Shown: in pieces, positions 1-14,000 of the stretch
Layout: each line of letters starts with the position of its first letter
How positions within the stretch are numbered: the first letter of the stretch is position 1
NCBI RefSeq assembly: GCF_009914755.1
Contig: NC_060930.1
From: the human T2T-CHM13v2.0 reference genome, Homo sapiens
Direction: 5' to 3' (one strand)
Length of the DNA stretch: 64,000 bases
The notes under the pieces: generated by a model
Databases searched by the model: none
Told to the model about the DNA's origin: nothing
What the model saw: only the letters and a program-made list of their open reading frames with translations
Position numbers and translations under genes: made by a program

Positions 1-2294
1 CAAAATTCTGACCTCTAAGGACTTAAAGCTCGGTAAAAGAGGTGAGGTTGACACACAAATTTGTGCAATAAGAGGCAGGACATTCTGAGCCCTGAGAGGA
101 GTGCAGACAGCAGCGTGATTTGGGAGTCCTCAGATAGTACTTTAAGTATGACACCCAGGACAAAAACTTCAGCCATTCTTGCTGTGGGCAGCAAAGACAC
201 AGGATGACACTAATCAGTTCATTTACCAAAGATGGGGTTTCTAATTTTGGCCTCCTATAACCTGCTCCCCTTCATGAGATGCCTGCCAAGGGAGTTGAGA
301 GATGTCATTGTGCTTTCTAAGCACACTTGAACTGACTTTTGATAACCTTTACCTACCAAATCAGGCATGAAAACCACTGAACAATGGTTAAAACACTGTT
401 TATTTTCCTTTTTTCCCCCTGGCTTTAAGGCTTCTGGCTATTTGTTCTAAACTATATACAGTACAGTATGTTTCACGAGAAGGCTGCAGAGCCGCACTCA
501 ACCACAGCTTAGCAATTGGGCTATTCTTTTAAAGCTTATGCAAGTCCTTACTGTAAATGCGTAAATGTAAAATAGCTTGGATCAAAACGCATCGTTGTTT
601 TGACATGAAGGTGAGCGAATGATTTGTTCCTAGGAATAGAAGCCCTCAGACAAACAGTGTTAATGGGCCTCACCACAGAGCAGTTGGTGACAATAACAGA
701 GTTAATTTTAAAGAAGGGGAAATTAAATAGTGGTTGCAATAGTCCTAGCCACTCTTAATTATTGTGATGGCAAATTATGAACAATTGCCTGTCACTTTCC
801 CTTCTAAAGCAATTATTGATGTTTGCCTTATGGCTGAACTGTGCTGAAAACTCTCTAAGCAGGAGGCTGTCTGATTCAATGCTTTGTGGGCTCATATTCA
901 GAACGCCATTTGGCCTGCAAAGTTGCTGGATTATCTGTAAACACAGTGAAAGGAGACAGTGATTGCATGAAGCAGAGGGAATGCACCTGAATGCCAATAA
1001 GGCAAATGTCATGACAGGAACACAAAGCCAGCATTCCATGTGACCTTTTAGATAGAAACCAATTTAGTTTGGTACCATCTCAAACAGAAAATTATGGTGT
1101 AATTCCTCATGTCAATACATAATTTATTTTGTAATAAATAACTACCCGCATATTTATGGAGCGCCTCTCCCCTCGTGTTTATGATGCTCTCAGGCACTGT
1201 CTCTCCAGCACACACTGCCGAATCATTGCAGAGCTTTCTGTTTTTCAGGCTGTTCTCTTCACTAAAGCTTGGTGATGACTGAAGAAAACATTAGAGGATT
1301 AAAAGCCACTTTCTATCTCTGCAAAAAAACCTAAGTTGTTTATTTTCTTATTTCCAAATTACCTAACATCAGGCTGAAGGATTCATGAGATCAAGTTTAA
1401 AAAAAAGAAATCAACGAAAAGCAATATTAAGCCCTAGTCTACAGTACATTTCCTAATAAAGGAAAGCTTCTGCCTTTAAAGTAGCATTAGCATCGGGCAG
1501 TGAATCAACAAAGGAAGAGAGCTCTGTCTTTCCCCCAGTTCTCCTCCCCTTAAATGCATCTGCTTCTTTGTGGGAGGTCTGAAGACAGGGGCTGCCTCCC
1601 AAAGTCACCTCACTCTCTATCATTAGGATGCAAATAGGGCAAGTCTTGAGAAGCTCTACCTTTTCCCCTCCAGGTCAGAGCTCCGAGTCTCCCCCAACCT
1701 GGCACTGACAGGGGACTCTTCCCACTGACAGCTGGTCACCGACCTAGCTGAAAGCCGTCGGGGGTCTTCCCTGAGCCTTGAGCCACAGGTGACCTCATCA
1801 CTAACTGAGCCATCACAGTGCACAGTTAGCATTTTCAGTCCATGGCCTCTGTCAAGGACAAATGAGACCTGAGCTCTCATTGGAAGTGTGGTGGAGACAG
1901 CAGGGAGTGGGAAGAGGCCTGGGGGCACTGCGGGCACTCCCTATCACTGATTAGCCAGCATCAGATTCTTGGATAACTGAAGAGATTTGGGACCTTAGTG
2001 GCTAAGGCCCAGCATCTTTAACAAGTTTCAGAAAAATGGAAGAGGAGGATAATTTACAAGACAGAAAATAAAGAATAGCATATATGCTGCTTAGAACAGA
2101 CTGTATTTGCATTTTTTTAGCTTCTAAATACCTATTTTGAGATCATTTTGGTATTAAGGATTACAAACATTTGTCTGTAATGTGGTTTCTGTCTCTGGCT
2201 AACTTCTGTAGTTTAATAACACAAAGAAATGACAAAGTTAATATGAGACACCACAATCATTCCTTTGAAAATTATCCACCATGCCACACAAATA

Positions 2295-2295
<1 letters not shown>

Positions 2296-2331
<36 letters not shown>
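2296..2331. repeat. (CA)n microsatellite
   Basis: About 18 uninterrupted AC units. Confidence 0.97.
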
Positions 2332-2333
<2 letters not shown>

Positions 2334-3384
2334 CAAACCAAACCAAATAAACACATTTCTTTGGCTTCACGGATGAAGCGATAGCCCGTAATGTGGAAAA
2401 AATAAGGGCTCTGGCTCAAATACAACATATTGAGAAGTAGAAATCAATACCCAGAGAAGATTTTACATAGCACTCGTATTATTTTTAATGAGTTGCTGTA
2501 TAGAACTACCATGACAGAATAGAGTCCAGGATTTTCTGAGGACTAATTGGCTTCATTCCTCCAGCATGCCAACAGAGTACTTTCTGTTCTGTTTGGAAAA
2601 CATATGCTGGGATCTGGATCAATGAATTGAGAAAATATTGGCCACCTAATGGGTGTCCAGAAGGAAGACCTCTGCTGCATGTTTAGGGGAAATCTTTTCT
2701 GAGAACATGGTCATCTCCATGTCACACTCACTTTGTCCAAATAGATACTGAAAACAAACTTCTGAAATCATCTTCAGGGGGCTCAACTTATCTAGGGTCA
2801 ATAGTCTGAATCTCTGAGATTGTTTTGTCAAATTAAGAACCAATCAAGATGTTTATATCTTTGAAATAAAAGCTTTGTAAAACCATTGTCACATCATATG
2901 GACAAAAATGCATCTATGTGTTTTTTTCTTGCAGAATTTTATGTGTAATAAGATTTATGTGACACAGCATTTGAATGTAATGCTATGGTTTAAAGAAATA
3001 AGTAAATTTAGCACTGGAGAATAATAAGATAAAACCAAATCTTTAAAATTTCATATTATTTAATAAAGAGTTATTTTTGGAAGAACTGTGGCTGAATATT
3101 CTTCATCATTATTGAAGATAGAATTAGTAGAATTGGCTTACAATAACACATGAGGAATTTAGGTAATTGTGTATAGATAAGTCACCTCAAAGATCATCTA
3201 ATTCAGAACTGGGGAAAATACATGTTTTGGTGACATCTTTAAGCTGCTGGGTCAAACCTCCCTTTCTACCTCTAGACATTCCACTTATGCATCAATAAAT
3301 TCCCTTGTTATTCAGAAATAAAATCATCTGGTTCAACTGTCAAACACATACAAGTGAAGAAACTGTGGCACAGAAAGGCTAGGA

Positions 3385-3923
3385 CTAACACAAAAGTATG
3401 CTACCAAACCAGCTTAAAACAATAAACATTTGTTATCTCACTGTGTCTGTGGGTTGGGAATAGGGGCACAACTTGACTTGGTACCTCTGGCTCAAGGTGT
3501 CTCATGAGGTTGCAGTTCCAGCTAAGTTGTCAGCCAGGGCTGCAATTTCACTTGAAGGCTCAACCCTTTGGGCAAGTGAGGGATGGAGAAGAGAGGAGAA
3601 ATCCACTTCCAAACTCATTCCTGGGGTTGTGGGCAGACCTTGATTCCTCCCCACATGGATCTCTCTACATGCTGCCTCACAAAATGGCAGCTGGCTTCCC
3701 CTAGAGGAAGCAATCCAAGAGAGGGCAAAGAGAATTCTCAAGATGGGAACCACAGTCTTTACAGAACCCAATATTGTAAATAACATTCCTGTACTTTATC
3801 CATATTCTCTTCATTGGAAACAAATCACGAGGTCCAGCCCACACTCAATGGGAAGGGATTACACACAGGCATGAGTATGAGGAGGTGGGGGAATGGGGAC
3901 CATCTTAGAGGCTGCCTTCCACA
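3385..3923 (-). mobile_element. MaLR solo LTR, MLT1F-like
   Basis: Ends GGGGACCATCTTAGAGGCTGCCTTCCACA (reverse complement of the MLT1F start). Typical internal motifs; MIR-like sequence on both sides. Confidence 0.8.
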
Positions 3924-4785
3924 ACTATGATCACAACCCACATCTTATCCCAAACCCACTGTTCTTTCCACTACACTTTGCTGAATTGAAATGGATAATT
4001 TCCAGACATTAAAGGTTAGTAAACACTGGACAGGGTATTTGAGAAAATTGTAGGGTCTCCATCTCAGAATATCTTTTATAATAAGACCTTCTTTTACCTA
4101 CTGGAGAAGGTTGAATTTGAATGTCTCTAGCAGATAAGAAGAAGTGCAGTGTATACTGTGTGGTATACACTGGGGTTTAAGAAGCTGTCCACCCGCGTTA
4201 TTAACTAGGTGAAGAACTCATTTTGTTTTCAAGGCTTACTTTCCTTACCATGAAAAGTCAGAATGGGATTAAGTTTCTAGTATGTTTCCAATTTTGTTAC
4301 AGCTTTAAAACAATAACTTTTATATCTGGTCTTCAGGTTTGACCCTACATATAAGTAAATTAAGTGATGATCCCCAGGATTTGACAGTGAGAGAAAAAAA
4401 TGTTCTGCACCAAAATATTTCTCTCTCTGGCTTAAATTTCTACATTAGATGTTCTTTTCTATTTGTTATTAAAAGCCTCTGCTAAAATGCAAATGTGTTA
4501 TCTGGAATAACAAATTAAACTATCATCCCAAATTAATATTTAACTGAATTTGTTTCTCTTGTTAACTAACATATCAGCTGGTAGGGATCCAGGGAATGGG
4601 GCAAATAAACAAGTAAATTTTAATGAGAATGGATTTTTCCAAGAGGATTTTAGGGCAAGAAAGGACAGATTCATATGGAATGGGGAATGAGGGGTGACCA
4701 GTAGCCCCAACAGTAAAATATTAGGGAACATGGGATAGTTAAGAAAAACCTAGAGGACATAAAACTGCCAATATAAGCAAACTTC

Positions 4786-5146
<361 letters not shown>

Positions 5147-5199
5147 TAAGTAGAAGGTCTTTACTTTAAACCCCTACTGTATTCTTGACTTCTCATCAC

Positions 5200-5971
5200 C
5201 AAAAATGCCTCAGCATTCTCACAGTCATTGCTTAAATGTTGTCTTTACCTCTCCAGCCACAGACCATCAGTTTATTTCCCCTGCTCCTTAGTCTTTACAA
5301 GTCCTCCTGTCTGTACTTCCATCCTTCATTTTAGATCATAAGGTTGATTCATTAAATTATTCCTTTGCCCTCCCTTGCACTTCCCCCAAATCCCTGCCTC
5401 TCCCTTCACCATCACACTCACCTAAGAAAAATTCATTTTAATCTGAATGAATCTGACCTTGTCTGTCTTGTCCATACCTTTACCTGTGTAGCTAAATGAT
5501 GCTAGAGGAAACAGTAAAGCTGGACATGTTCGCATCACTATAAATTCATGATGACCGAAGTGAATGACCAATGCTGCCAAGCAAGTCAGCTTGCTGTGTC
5601 TCTTGACACTCCAAATCCCCTCCTAGTCTTGGGAACTTCAAATGCGCAGGTCTCTGACTCAAACTTGCCTACCATTCACAACTGCTTTTCACCCTTCAAG
5701 TCAGTTTAGACGTCACCACCTGAGATGTTTCACTGCTTGCATCTCCCCATTCAGTTAAAGTTTTTTCAGCAGCTGTTTATTTCTCTCACAGTTCTTAATC
5801 ACAATTAGTAATTACCTATTTATTTATGTATTATTTACTTATCATTTGTCTTCCACTCTAGACTGTAAGCTCCATGAAGATCTAGGACTATTATTTGCTA
5901 AACATTTATATCATGCATAGTAACTGGGACTAAGAAGTATTCAGTAAATAGTTGTTGAATGAATGAATGAA
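5200..5971 (+). mobile_element. L2 fragment(s) with 3' end
   Basis: CTAGACTGTAAGCTCCATGA...AGTAAATAGTTGTTGAATGAATGAATGAA terminus. 5' boundary approximate. Confidence 0.75.
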
Positions 5972-6903
5972 CAAACTTATGTACCATCTGTATCCATATG
6001 AACAGGAGTGGTCACATCTACATTATCTTCAAAACTCTTCGACCCTCTTTCTTTCCCTTTGTTTCTTTGCTCAATCAGTATTATTTTAAACAGATTTCTA
6101 ATGGAAATGCTGATACAGACTTTACTTCAGCAGTATAAATGGCATCAGTCGCTGACATGACCCCCTGCTGTTGCCATTGGCAGCAATTAAATTAGCTATA
6201 TAAAACCTGACACAAGAGCTGCAGCATCCATTCAGTGAAATAACCAGGCAGTCTTTCAGCAAACACAATAATGACCCGTGTGGCTGTGCTTTTAGTACAG
6301 GAGCAAGTGCTGAGCATTGTCTTGCCCAAGACAAGGCATTAACACAGTTCCTGACTCCTGTTTCCATTGTTGCTTAAAAGGGTTGCCTAATTAATTGATT
6401 TTATTGAATCTCAACCAAGGCACATTTGTTCCTTGGTAAACCAATGAAAAAAGCTGAGGAGCTGAAGAGCTACTCCTGTAAAATATAAGAAAGGAGTTGT
6501 GGAGGTCCTGTTTTATGCTACATATTATTGTAAGTAAAAGTATAGTTCACATGGTTATTGACTGCTTAATGCCAAGAGATAGACATGAGCACATTTGTTG
6601 ATCTCTGTGCTCAGAGAAAGGCATTTTACTGGATCCAGCAGAATAGTCTCACTCCCTTACTCTCCATATGCACTCACTCTCTCCTGAACACCCTGGCAGT
6701 GTGTGCTTTGTAAAAGCAAAGAGCCAGTATAAGAGGTGAACTTCTAGAAAAGTAGAATAAAGCAACTAGCATCCGTATAATCCTCCACAGCTACCAAAAT
6801 CTGCCTGGTACCTTTCCTCATCTGATGCTCACAAATATCCTTATATGCATATTATGATGCTCATTTTGCAAATAAGGAAATTGAGACTCAGGGATGTGAT
6901 GAC

Positions 6904-7218
6904 TGCCTTAGTCCATTCAGGCTGCTATATAAAATACTTTATATCTGGTGACTTACAAACGATAGAAATTTATTTCTCATGGTTCTGGAGGCTAGAAAGT
7001 CCAAGATCAAGGCAGTAGCCGAGGACAGACCCACTGTCTGTTTCAGAGATGGACATCTTGCTGTGTCCTGCATGGCAGAATGGCCAAGAGGTCACTCCAC
7101 GGCTCTTTTTATAAGGGCACCAACCACTTCCCAAATGTCCCACTTCCTCATACCATCACAAGGGGATTTGGTTTTAACATATACGTGTGGGGACATCACA
7201 AACATTCAGACCATAACA
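6904..7218 (-). mobile_element. MaLR solo LTR, MLT1A-like, inserted in a MIR
   Basis: TG...CA termini (TGCCTTAGTCCATTCAGGCTGC...ACATTCAGACCATAACA) and a 5-bp TSD ATGAC/ATGAT. MIR core (GGAAATTGAGACTCAGG) immediately upstream. Confidence 0.85.
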
Positions 7219-7662
7219 ATGATTCACCTGATTTTACAAAGCCCAAGTCAAGACCCTCTGAGTCTAAAATCTGTAATATGGTTAAGTAACCCAGGCAAGG
7301 AAATAAAACAGTTTAAATTAAATCAATAGATATAAAAATGGGAATAAAAATGAAAGAACAGATGACAGGCATTTACAGAATTGTAGGAATTATGACTGAT
7401 ATGAGGTAGAGTGAAGGATAAATGGTTCCTGACCCAGCTACATAGATGGACTGCAACGTCATTCCCCAGAATCAAAAGGAGGGAAGAGCATGTTTAGCAA
7501 GTGAGGAGTAGAGAGGAGGGGGAGAGACAACATGATACATTTAGTTTGGAATCCTGTGATCACAGGATGCCTGTAGTATGTGGCAAATGCAAAGTTAGAT
7601 AGAGAAATCTGGCTCAGAAGAAAGTTTTCAAAACAGTAAACTGCTGGCAAACAGTGAAGTAA

Positions 7663-7848
7663 GGCTGGGCACTGTGGCTCACACCTGCAATCCCAGCACT
7701 TTGGGCGGCTGAGGCAGAGGATGAGTTGAGACCAGGAGTTTGAGACCATCCTGGGTAAGCTTGAGTTTGAGACACAGCAAAGCTCCATCTCCACGAAAAA
7801 GAAAAATGATAATTATCCAGATGTGGTGGTACTTGACTGTAGTCCTAG
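7663..7848 (+). mobile_element. AluJ-like, left arm plus start of right arm (3'-truncated)
   Basis: GGCTGGGCACTGTGGCTCACACCTGCAATCCCAGCACTTTGGG... ending at TGTAGTCCTAG, with no tail. Confidence 0.85.
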
Positions 7849-7869
7849 AAAGAAATGTAGTATGATAGC

Positions 7870-8875
7870 TTGTTTTTTACCTTTTTATTCCAAAATAATT
7901 TGAGACTTCCAAGAAAGCTGTAAAAAAAAATAGCACAACGTATTCCCATAAATCCTCCACAGATTCTCCAAATCTCAACATTTTATATTTGCCATATTCT
8001 GTGTGTATTAAATTTTCTGAAATACTTGAGAGTAAGTTGCAGATATGATGCACCTTTAACCCTAAATAGTCTAAGTATTCAATATGTGTGTTTTAGTAAA
8101 CACATTTCCTCATTACTTGACCACAATAAAATTACCAAAATTAGGACATTAACATTAATACAAAATTATAATCTAAGCTACAGATCTCGTGCAAATCTTT
8201 TCCAACTGTCCTACTAATAAGATTTGGCAATTTTTTTTAAAATACTGGTCCAGACTCCAACCCAGAACCCAGAATCACAAAGAACTTTCTGTTAGTTGTC
8301 ATATCTCTTTTTTCTCCTATAATCTAACAATCCCACATTCTTTCTCTTTTGTGATTTCATGGTCTTGACATTTTTGAAGACTGGAGGCCATTTATTGTTG
8401 TAGATTTTTACCTTAACTTAGGTTTTTCTGAGGTTTCCTCATGATTAGATTCAGGTTATGCATTTTTGGCAGAAATACCACAAAAGTGAGGTGTGTCCTT
8501 TTCATTGCATCATATTTGGAAGGGTAGACATCTATTTGTCCCATTGCTGGTAATATTAACTGTGATCATTAGTCAAGGTGGCATCTGCTGGTTTTCTTTT
8601 CTAGTTACTCATTTCCCCTTTGTATCTTGTGGGGAAATTCTTTGAGAATATGTGAATTTACTGTTATTCCTAAAAACATTATCCCAAATTGTGATTTTTC
8701 TAATTCAATTTTGCCACCTATTAGTTGGTATATAAGAAATACCTTTTTCTCCACTATTTCTCTATTTTTAATGTGTTTACTTACATCAGTTTGGACTCGT
8801 GGATTATTATTTAATTCTGCTGGTTTTTTTATTTATTTAGAGTCTCAAATTAACTCAGATTTGCCCAGTGGGAGC
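7870..8875 (-). mobile_element. Old L1 3' region, L1MC4/L1MC5-like
   Basis: TTGAGAGTAAGTTGCAGATATGATG, GACATTTTTGAAGA and GATTAGATTCAGGTTATGCATTTTTGGCAG motifs characteristic of L1MC 3' ends. Confidence 0.7.
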
Positions 8876-10618
8876 CAAGAGAAAGAAATGTTTTGTAAGG
8901 GATCCAGTAAAGAGGAAGAATTGATAAGAGAGGTGGGAGTGAATACTACTGATGGACAGAGGTGCATAAGAGGCAAAAGGGAATGGTATGCAGAGCACAG
9001 GTCAAAGAACAATTTCATGTAAGAGTAGAGACAATTCATCCACTGAACTAGCAGAAAAAAAGGAAAGAAGAAATAGATGGGGTCGGGAGCACTCAAGAAG
9101 TTCAGAAACTTGTGATAACTTCTAGATCCTCTAGGACGTGGGAAGTGAAATGGTTTGCTAGGTAAAGAGGCTTTAGGAGAACATGAGACCAAATGAGAGT
9201 AGTCACAGTGCATGTGACAGTGTCATGGGGATTGGAGAGGCAGATGACAAGCAACATGGAAGGAAATCGCTGGTCTTTGCAGAGGTCTTCCTGTCCCCAT
9301 TCTGTAAAGTTGTCCAGATCTATTAGATCTGTTTACTGCACCTCTGTCTCCCACCACCATCTTGTTCAACAGCAAGTTGTTAAAACAATTGCATTGATAC
9401 ACAGTTGGAATATTTTAGGTGAGTGAAATAAAAGTATGAAAGGGATAAGTAAGAGGGTAAAGTTTTAAAAATAATGTAATTTAAGCTATGGATCATGTAA
9501 TTTTCTCAGGCTAGAGAAGAAAATAAAAACAATAGAGGCCAATGACAAAGAAAAATTGAAGAATCAAGGTCCTGGGAGTTTAATGAGGTTTGAAAAGAGA
9601 CAGAGAGAAGGAACAGAAGTCAGATGGTTTAATGGAAGTTTAGGTTCAAAGAAGAAGATACTAAAGTTGAAGACAGAGGTGCAGCATTTCTAGGCAATGA
9701 CAATGTCCTCTCGTTTAGTACATGGCATGTCAAGTCTCTCGCTCTTGGTCTAACAAGAAAAGAAGATGTAACACCTCATTGACTCAGATATATCACCTGT
9801 TAAACTTCCATCATCCAGAACACAGCCAGCATCAAGAAGGTGAGCAAAAAATGCCTATGAGCAGCAGTGAAAATAGGTGAGAACGTATGCACCAAACTCA
9901 TGCTGTTTACCTGAATGCTCTTGAAGGAGTAAAACAGAAAAGGTGTTTGGTGCTTTAAAGGAGATAAATTTCAGTTATTTGCAATAGTCACTTCTAGGGA
10001 ACACTGTGAATCTCCGTGAGACCAAATTCACAGATCTACAGAAAAACAGACTTCAAGATAATGTTATTGGACATTTCTATCATATGGGCACTGAACCAGG
10101 TCCTAATATGTTTTATTTCTTGTAATTCTTACAACAGCACCATGGGATCGGTGCTATTGTTTTCCCAATTTAACAGGTGAGAAACTGAAGATTTAAAGGG
10201 GTTAGTTTGCTTGAAAATGGTATAGTCTGGATTCAAATCGATTTCCCTAATTCTTGAAGCCATTTCTTTAACTTCCAAGATAAAGAAGCTCTTGTGCATT
10301 TCTCTGTTAATGTTTTTTACCCCAAACATATTAATAAGGTTGGTATATACAAATTCAGCCTAAATAGTCACTCAGTAGTAACTGTATGTGCAAAATGACA
10401 AAAAAAAACCTGACATTTTTTAAAGTTGCAAACTTTCTATTTTATATTTCTTCAGGAAAACTGCATTAATAAATGATATATCATAATCATTGGTGATATT
10501 AAAAAGGTATTAGATCAACAGGGCTGTTTCCTTGGCAAGATAAGATTAATTCCTTGATGTATTGATTCAATAGTCGATCTCAGCCAAAGATGCAGAATTA
10601 AAAAGAGTGTAGAAATGA

Positions 10619-11017
<399 letters not shown>

Positions 11018-14000
11018 TAATTTTTTATATTCCTTTATATTAATTAAAAGATTAAGAACTATGAATGATCTGGGTTCAAAGAGACAGCTATTTGTCATTG
11101 TTAATGGTATATCAACGTTCTATTTACCAGAATAGCATTTACATCCTTTTCTCCTTCACAAAACTAGAAAGTCCTATAAGATGCAGAGCCACAGAAACTC
11201 CTGTGCAGAAACTAGGTGTTATTCAGTATCTTCCCCAAAGTTCTTCTAGTTCGCCTCATTTTTATATTGCCACATTTCTAATAATTTAGTCCTGGCTTTT
11301 GCAATGAACAGTCTAAATTTGTCAAGCTATAGCATAGAGTAGTTTTCAACTATGGAGAAACATCAATGAACCAAGAAAACTCATTTCATGTGTATTCCAA
11401 GTGTCACCACGGAATACTAGATGGGTTACTGGATTGTTAGCTTAGAGAGATAGAGAGAGAATGGGTGTCACACTGCCAAAATCCAAAATTCCTTTTGCAG
11501 AAGCTGCTTGATGTGGTAAAAACCTCAGCTAAAATAAAAGTTCCATTCCCTAATACTAAAACAATCTCTCATTTCAGTAATGTCAGTAATTAATAATCAA
11601 ATGAACTGTTGGGGACCGTTTGAGTATAGCAAAAAGAAAGGTGATTGTCTCCAATTCAAACTGGTTATTTTGGTATTAAGTGCACATGACCATCAGTAAT
11701 ACATAGGATTTTATATTTGATTTTCATTTAAAAGGCATTTCAGAGATGTTGGGGAGGGGCACATGTGCAGATGTTATACATATTTTAATAGATGATCATG
11801 GTACTATTTAAGACTAATTTTCTAAGCCTCAGATTTAATCTTACCATTTTTAAGGAAATTATAATGACCGATGAAATCTCAAAACCATAAAGCAATTTAC
11901 TGGTTTGTCTATAGGAAGCTGTCTTAGAGCAACACCTAGTGGTTCCTTTGACCCTTCAGATAAACATTTAGGATTAGGAAGGAGCAGTTTTAAAAAGTCT
12001 TCCTTTTAAGAAATTTTAAATAAGACACAGATTGTTAGGATAATGTGTGCTCTCTGCTTTCTCATGCTTCTTTAAAGTTGTGTTTAATTTCCATTTTGTA
12101 CAAGTTTCACCAAAACACTCATCTCTATTAATTTAGTGATTCTATTATGAGGTTAAAAAGGGTCCATGGCCAAAGAAGGTTGGTTATTTTGCATGAAGAC
12201 ATTATTCTATAACCAAAAATGATTCCATGAAAAGCTAGTGGTAAAGAGAGTCTAACTATAAATCTTAAATAACATATGTAACTACAACAGAAAGATTAAG
12301 TTTTTTTAATTCAATAGAAACCACAAGTTTAATTTGAATCAAAATACTATTATATGAAGGTCTTTCTTTGAAAATTACTGGGCTTGTTTTATATACTTTG
12401 CAGGAAGATTCGAGAAGAAATCTCACAATGATGTGAAAATGTCTTACTCCTCAGAATGTGGTGGTGGGTTTTAAATTCTTTTTTGTCAGGTATTATATTG
12501 AAATTTCTTCACCTCTTCCAATAAAGTAATCATAAGTGGGGAAATTCTACTCTAGTCATTTGCGGTGTCTGCGGAGGTCTGCAAGATCACAATCTTCAAA
12601 TCGATTCGAGAAATGTTGACATTTATACCATTCCCTGGTCGTGTTATAATCATTGTCACCAGCACAAATTCGTGAGGTTTTTATTTTATGTTCCTGTCAA
12701 AATCTGTCACAAAAAATGAGACTGAAAATGTTTAATGTTTTATTTGCTCTCTGAGAGATGATAATAACCCCAGCTTCTCTGACCTCCTTGGTGTTTCAAA
12801 ATTTAGTGGCTGGTTAGTTTTCACTCCTTTTGCAGCCTCGGCAGCCTCTAAAGAAGCCAAATCATCAACCAATCAAAATGCAGAGGACAAAAATGGTTCA
12901 GAGCCTTCTCTCCTGCTTGGTACCTGTGTGACATTTCTGTTCTCTCCACAGGCAGGAGGGTTGTTAGGCACATTTAAACCTTTCCTAATGACACCTTTAC
13001 TATAATGGAGAGCAAGCAACAATAGCACCTCTATCAAACACATCAAAATGTTCAATGGGCTTCATAATCAAAATATCTGATGTTAAAACCAGCAAACGCA
13101 GTTTCAAATTGTATGTATGTCACTAAATTCACTACAGTGCCTTACAATGTGTGGCCCAGACAAAGATATCTTCTGTCTCCCTTCCTTTCTCACATAATTG
13201 TTTTGTTAAATTATTGCTTACTGAAAATGTTATTGTTCCTTGCTGATGTCCCTTCCTGGCAGGGTTGGCAGAACCAAGGAGGCTGTGCCACTCCCTGCCG
13301 TGCTCACAGACGAATGAGATGGCTGACAGGACAGCAATGGGCCTCAAAGGCTGGACCAGAGCCCCAGTCACCCTGTTCCCAGGACCCTGCAGGCACAGAT
13401 GCTCACCTGAGACCACACCAGTCCCTTTCAATGACTTCACTGAGACACCATGATGACAAAGTAATGCTGCTTCCCATTGTGAAACCTGCAACCTGGAGCA
13501 GGCATCGTGGGGGTGCTGGAGCCCTGCCCAGGACTCTATTTATTCTGATTAAATAGGTTTTGCAAAATGGAAAATAAATAAATAAAATGTCAATGCCAGA
13601 TTCATGGATTTAGCATTTGGACAGATAGGGTAACTGTGTGGACTACTACACAGCAGCTTTATTTTCATGTCGGCTGCTGGAAGGCCCTAACGTCATTGTT
13701 AAGGAATCTTTATTGGAAAATGTTATGCCTACCAACATTACCCTGTTCTCTTTAAATACCGAAAAGAGTTTCTTTACCATTCTTCCACCCAGGACTGAAT
13801 GCCCAACCCCTTCGCTGCCTATCTCATTACAGATTCAGTGGCATCCTTTTAACACTGCCATAGGTCAATTTTCAGGCTAAAAACAGGTGAGTCTATTCTG
13901 CGTAGTCCATCAAAAAGTCAACTGAAAACAGTTTCAGGAAGCATAAGAAAAAATTCAATTTTTTCCACTAATTCTTTTGTTATGTACAATAAACTGTTAT

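Noticed and set aside
4147-4172. Hairpin CAGTGTATAC-TGTGTG-GTATACACTG
   Set aside because: An isolated 10-bp stem within MIR-like sequence, with no RNA-gene context.
7790-7806. TCCACGAAAAAGAAAAA is identical to the L1 5' flank at 17860-17876
   Set aside because: Mostly low-complexity A-rich sequence. The first copy is a decayed Alu linker, the flanks do not extend the match, and chance is sufficient.
13080-13556. 158-aa ORF and other 100-140-aa ORFs (8627, 34509, 35977, 47287, 54162, 58450)
   Set aside because: No recognisable domain or exon structure, and several overlap old repeats. Such lengths are expected by chance in 64 kb.
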